Assembly: GCF_944325745.1 (NCBI RefSeq)
Contig: NZ_CALVBG010000001.1
Span: 1,751 to 65,750, forward strand
Direction: 5' to 3'
DNA: 64,000 nt
From: an uncultured Faecalicoccus sp.
GTDB lineage: Bacteria > Bacillota_I > Bacilli_A > Erysipelotrichales > Erysipelotrichaceae
Shown: piece by piece, positions 59,787 to 64,000 of the stretch
Layout: each line of letters begins with the position of its first letter
Numbering within the stretch: the stretch's first letter is position 1
Program-made: the position numbers and the translations under genes
Notes under the pieces: generated by a model
Seen by the model: only the letters and a program-made list of their open reading frames with translations
The model's database searches: none
Told to the model about the DNA's origin: nothing

Positions 59787-61633
59787 TATGCCTCCTGCAC
59801 TTCTTGATCTTCGTAAGCTTCAATGATGTCGTCCACTTTGATGTCATTATAATTTTCAATGGTCATACCACATTCAAAACCATTTGTAACTTCTTTAACA
59901 TCATTTTCAAAACGACGAAGAGAACCTAATTTTCCTTCGTATTGGACAATGCCGTCACGAATCAGACGTACTTTACAATCACGGCGAACACAGCCGTCAG
60001 TCACCATACATCCGGCAATCGTTCCGACTTTTGAAACCTTATAGATTTGTCGAACTTCTGCCTGTCCAATTACGACTTCCTCATAAACAGGAGCCAGCAT
60101 ACCTTTCATGGCTGATTCGAGTTCTTCCAAAGCTTTATAGATGATATTGTGCAGACGGATCTGAACACCCTCCTCTTCGGCTTTCTTTCGAATCGCAGCA
60201 CTTGGTCGAATGTTAAATCCATAGATAATGGCATTAGAAGCCATGGCTAACATGATATCAGATTCTGAGATCGTGCCCACTGTTGAACGAATGACATTGA
60301 CGCGCACTGTGTCTACATCCAATTTTTCCATACTGGCTTTTAAAGCTTCGGCAGATCCCTGAACATCCGCTTTGATCAAAACGTTGATTTCCTGTAAGTC
60401 GCCTTCTTCAACCTTCTTGGCCAGATCTTCCAAAGACATCGCACTAGTTTGATTACGCTCTTTCAAAATCTGTTTTTCCAGACGTTGATTGGCGATTTCT
60501 TGCGCCTTCTTATAATTTGCATAAGCCATGAAGACATCTCCAGCACGAGGAACATCATTCAAACCGATGATCTCAACAGGACAACTTGGTTCTGCATGTT
60601 TGATCTCCTGCATACGATCATTGGTCATCTTACGAACGCGACCAAAAGAGCTTCCCACAACGATACTATCCCCTGCATGCAAGGTGCCTCTTTGAACCAA
60701 TAAGGTCGCAACTGGACCACGTCCTTTATCCAATTTAGCTTCAATAACTGTACCGCTGGATAAACAATTTGGATTCGCTTTTAATTCCTGCATATCCGCA
60801 ACCAGCAACATGGTCTCTAACAGTTCCGGAACCCCTTCGCCTGTTTTAGCACTGATCTTAGTGAAGATCGTGTCTCCGCCCCATTCTTCTGGCATGATAC
60901 CAAGCTCAGCCATTTCCGACATGATACGGTCAGGATTGGCTCCCGGTTTATCCATTTTGTTGACCGCAACCACAATAGGTACGCCGGCTGCTTTCGCATG
61001 ATCGACCGCTTCTTTGGTTTGCGGCATAACACCATCATCAGCCGCAACAACGATAATAACGATATCGGTCACTTGAGCACCACGAGCACGCATAGAAGTA
61101 AAAGCTTCATGGCCTGGAGTATCTAAAAAAGTTACTTTGCGGCCATTGACATTGACCTGATAAGCTCCGATGTGCTGTGTGATTCCACCAAACTCTTCAC
61201 CTGTGACATTGGTTTTACGAATCGTATCCAACAACGTTGTCTTTCCATGGTCTACGTGTCCCATGATCGTAACGACCGGAGGACGAGGGACCAAATTCTC
61301 TTCTTTATCTTCGATGTGACCCAGCTGTTCTTCAATATCGTCTTCTTCAATAATGATCTCTTTATGCGGTTCACAATGGAACTCCATACAGATCAATTCA
61401 ATATCGTCGTCGCTAAGCACGGTATTGATCGTAGACATATTTCCCATCATAAATAAAAACTTGATGATATCGGAACTATTTCTTTTTAAAAGCTCAGCTA
61501 ACTGGCCCACGGTCAAAGTATCATGATAAGTAATTTCTTTAGGATACTCTACTTTTTTCGTCGGTTGTGGTCGGTTGTTATTTCGCTGATTGCGATTCCG
61601 ATTGGGTTTTTTCTTTTGTTTGTTGTAAGCCAT
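59786..61633 (-). CDS. infB: Translation initiation factor IF-2
   Basis: [36 protein letters not shown]. Confidence 0.97.
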   Translation of the reverse strand: MAYNKQKKKPNRNRNQRNNNRPQPTKKVEYPKEITYHDTLTVGQLAELLKRNSSDIIKFLFMMGNMSTINTVLSDDDIELICMEFHCEPHKEIIIEEDDIEEQLGHIEDKEENLVPRPPVVTIMGHVDHGKTTLLDTIRKTNVTGEEFGGITQHIGAYQVNVNGRKVTFLDTPGHEAFTSMRARGAQVTDIVIIVVAADDGVMPQTKEAVDHAKAAGVPIVVAVNKMDKPGANPDRIMSEMAELGIMPEEWGGDTIFTKISAKTGEGVPELLETMLLVADMQELKANPNCLSSGTVIEAKLDKGRGPVATLLVQRGTLHAGDSIVVGSSFGRVRKMTNDRMQEIKHAEPSCPVEIIGLNDVPRAGDVFMAYANYKKAQEIANQRLEKQILKERNQTSAMSLEDLAKKVEEGDLQEINVLIKADVQGSAEALKASMEKLDVDTVRVNVIRSTVGTISESDIMLAMASNAIIYGFNIRPSAAIRKKAEEEGVQIRLHNIIYKALEELESAMKGMLAPVYEEVVIGQAEVRQIYKVSKVGTIAGCMVTDGCVRRDCKVRLIRDGIVQYEGKLGSLRRFENDVKEVTNGFECGMTIENYNDIKVDDIIEAYEDQEVQEA

Positions 61634-61934
61634 CTGATATCACCGTTCCTTTTCTTTGTTCTAATATCCGACTCGCAAGATTGCGATCCGTTATAGAAAA
61701 TGCTACAAAAGATCGTTTCGTGATATGATCAAATTCTGTTTGATCTACACCAAAACAAGGTATTTCATAAAATCGGCATTTATCCAAGATCTTCTTCTTG
61801 GAATTTTGACCCATCTGATTTGAATAGATAACAAGTTTCGCCGTCTGATTCTGGATACTTGGCAAAAGTTTTGATCCCTTACAAATCTTATTTGCCTTAA
61901 ATGCAACTTGGGCATAAGTGATCCATTTATTCAT
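61578..61934 (-). CDS. L7Ae/YlxQ family RNA-binding protein
   Basis: A.KANKI..G, KK..DKC.FYEIP; canonical position between ylxR and infB. Confidence 0.75.
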   Translation of the reverse strand: MNKWITYAQVAFKANKICKGSKLLPSIQNQTAKLVIYSNQMGQNSKKKILDKCRFYEIPCFGVDQTEFDHITKRSFVAFSITDRNLASRILEQRKGTVISDGLQQTKEKTQSESQSAK

Positions 61935-62184
61935 CACAGTACGTTTCCAATTGATCAAAGATCTCTTGCGGGATCGTTGTTTCTAAAGCACGATCTAAGG
62001 CATGATTCTTTCTTGCCTTCTCAATGGTTTGTCTTGAACGAGAAACATACGCTCCATGTCCATTCTTTTTCCCTGTAGGGTCGACAACGATCTCCCCTTC
62101 CGGTGTGCGAACAACACGGATCAATTCTTTTTTAGGAAAACGTTCTTGCGTTACAACGCATTTACGCATAGGTATCTTACGCAT
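61927..62184 (-). CDS. rnpM: YlxR/RnpM RNA-binding protein
   Basis: KIPMRKCV..KKELIRVVRT..D.TGK..G.GAY. Confidence 0.9.
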   Translation of the reverse strand: MRKIPMRKCVVTQERFPKKELIRVVRTPEGEIVVDPTGKKNGHGAYVSRSRQTIEKARKNHALDRALETTIPQEIFDQLETYCDE

Positions 62185-62192
62185 AGAAACTC

Positions 62193-63824
62193 CTAATCAT
62201 CATAGTATTCGTCGAATTCTTCATAATCGACGTCTTCATCCCAAATATTTTCTTCTTCCATCTGTTGTGCTTCAATTTCCGCAAGTTCTTCTTCAGAATA
62301 AATCGGGCGCATTTGTTCGAACTGTTGTTTTGCTTCAGAAAGATCCGTCTTCTCTTCTTTAGTTTCTTTAGGCTCTTCATGTTTTTTCTTTGAAGTTTTT
62401 GAAACCGTTTCTTGTTTCGAAGAAGCATCCGCAAAATTTTCAAACTTGGATGTGTATTCAACGACAGGAGCAGCAGATGCTTTCTCTTTTCGTTTTGCTT
62501 TCGCAATTCGAGCAGCCTCTTCCATTTCATCCATTTCTTTTTTCTCTTGTTCTTTTTCAAACAATGTTGTTGTGTTTTGAAGAGGTGCTTCTTCTTCGAT
62601 ATCCAACATCGTATCTACATCTTCATAAGTGAAATCAGCGACATCGACATTTTCGATCTCAGTATCCGCTTTATTCAATTCTTCAATACGCAATTGTTGT
62701 TTATAAGCGCGTTCTTTGGCTTTCTTAGCTTCATATTCTTCTTGCATCTGTTGAGAGATCGCACGATAATCAATACCTAATTCATCCATTTCCGTATCCG
62801 ATTTAATATCGATCTTGCGATTGGTCAACTTAACAGCCAAACGAGCATTCTTTCCTCTTTTTCCAATCGCCAAAGACAGCTGACTTTCTGGAACAACAAC
62901 GATCAATCCATCTTTCACTTCTTCGTTGGGAATCACCGCAATGGCTTCACTTGGACTCAATGCATTTTTGATCAAATCCGAAATATTGTCAGACCACTCA
63001 AAAATATCGATTTTTTCTCCATGAAGTTCATTGATGATCATCTGTACACGAGAACCTCTTGGCCCAATACAAGCACCGATCGGATCGATATTTTCATTAT
63101 AAGACTGAACCGCAATCTTGCATCTTTCGCCCGGTTCACGAGCAATCGCTTTGATCTCGATAATACCCTGGTAGATCTCAGGTACTTCTTTTTCAAATAA
63201 ACGTCGGACAAACACCGGTGTTGCACGAGAAACTAAAACCTGTGCTCCCTTTGTATCCTTGTTGACCTCGGTGATCACCACAAGGATCTTCTGGCCTTCC
63301 CGATAGATTTCACCCGGGATCTGCTGACTTTTTTTCATCATGGCTAATGTTTTGCCAATGTTGACAATCACAAACTTTGGTTCGACTGTTTCGATTGTAC
63401 CCATGACCATCTCATCCACTTTATCGTTATATTCTTCATATACGATTTGTTTTTCAGCTTCACGGATCTTTTGTTTGATAACATTTTTCGCCAAGACAAC
63501 AGCGGCACGGTCAAATTGTGTATAGTCAACTTCTTCATCGATCATATCGGAGATCTGAGCATTAGGGTTGACCTTCTTGGCATCTTTTAAAGAAATTTCC
63601 AGTTCATCATCTTCGACATCTTCCACAACGATTCGCTGATGATAAAGATGGATCTCTCCGTCCACAATTTCAGCTTTCACATAGGCATCCGGAATTTCGA
63701 TATGTTTACGATAAGCCTTGATCATCGCTTCCTTCAAAGCATCTTCCACGATTTCCGGTGTCAATTGTCGATCAGTTTCAATTCCTTGTAATGCTTTCGC
63801 AATGGATTCAACTTTTAATTTCAT
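62193..63824 (-). CDS. nusA: Transcription factor NusA with long acidic C-terminal extension
   Basis: KQKIREAE, LFEKEVPEI, AREPGER.KIAV, SLAIGKRG.NARLA. Confidence 0.95.
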   Translation of the reverse strand: MKLKVESIAKALQGIETDRQLTPEIVEDALKEAMIKAYRKHIEIPDAYVKAEIVDGEIHLYHQRIVVEDVEDDELEISLKDAKKVNPNAQISDMIDEEVDYTQFDRAAVVLAKNVIKQKIREAEKQIVYEEYNDKVDEMVMGTIETVEPKFVIVNIGKTLAMMKKSQQIPGEIYREGQKILVVITEVNKDTKGAQVLVSRATPVFVRRLFEKEVPEIYQGIIEIKAIAREPGERCKIAVQSYNENIDPIGACIGPRGSRVQMIINELHGEKIDIFEWSDNISDLIKNALSPSEAIAVIPNEEVKDGLIVVVPESQLSLAIGKRGKNARLAVKLTNRKIDIKSDTEMDELGIDYRAISQQMQEEYEAKKAKERAYKQQLRIEELNKADTEIENVDVADFTYEDVDTMLDIEEEAPLQNTTTLFEKEQEKKEMDEMEEAARIAKAKRKEKASAAPVVEYTSKFENFADASSKQETVSKTSKKKHEEPKETKEEKTDLSEAKQQFEQMRPIYSEEELAEIEAQQMEEENIWDEDVDYEEFDEYYDD

Positions 63825-63834
63825 ATTTATCTCC

Positions 63835-64000
63835 TTAAATTTTCACAGCAGTACGTATCATCAAAATATTATCGCGATCAATATCGATGGTTTTTAATCT
63901 TGTTTTGTTTCGATATTCGATCTTAACACATTCATTGTTTACTTCTAAAAGGTTTCCGGTCACAGAGTCCAATCCGTCTTTTGGATCTTTTAATTTACAA
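63835..64000 (-). CDS. rimP: Ribosome maturation factor RimP, C-terminal part
   Basis: Manual translation ..KLKDPKDGLDSVTGNLLEV...IRTAVKI*, directly upstream of nusA. Confidence 0.75.
   Translation of the reverse strand, partial: CKLKDPKDGLDSVTGNLLEVNNECVKIEYRNKTRLKTIDIDRDNILMIRTAVKI

Noticed and set aside
1-64000. CRISPR array, rRNA/tRNA, IS element, prophage or anti-phage defence genes
   Set aside because: No regularly spaced repeats, structural RNA signatures, transposases or phage genes; the window is almost fully covered by identifiable CDSs

Overview
A 64-kb chromosomal segment of a low-GC, gut-type Firmicute. Gene content and order (butyrate operon ending in a Pct/YdiF-type CoA-transferase, short IF2, acidic-tailed NusA) point to Erysipelotrichaceae; this is inference. 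Most of it is housekeeping: murT/gatD, purC-purB, a long nusB-xseAB-ispA-dxs-tlyA-recN-dinB-xerD operon, truB-ribF, 6S RNA, T-box-controlled hisS-aspS, yebC, phoH, rpsU, murE, mtaB, rsmE, rluB, scpAB, and rimP-nusA-infB-rbfA. Three accessory blocks stand out. (1) A catalytically degenerate Amidase_3 protein followed by an uncharacterised NUDIX / ATP-grasp / esterase / metallophosphoesterase operon (31-35.4 kb). (2) A bcd-etfBA-hbd-crt-pct butyrate operon with a divergent thiolase and a Rex-like box (36.5-44.3 kb). (3) The best candidate for an undescribed system: a locus combining a GH112 GNB/LNB phosphorylase, GalT, a sugar ABC importer, a cytoplasmic Cys-type sulfatase, its radical-SAM maturase, a TauE exporter, a ROK kinase and an AraC regulator (44.3-59.4 kb), suggesting phosphorolytic use of sulfated mucin disaccharides next to the butyrate genes. 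GATC looks strongly over-represented. No CRISPR array, IS element, prophage, rRNA or tRNA was seen. All calls are by eye from motifs and recalled family knowledge, with no database searches.
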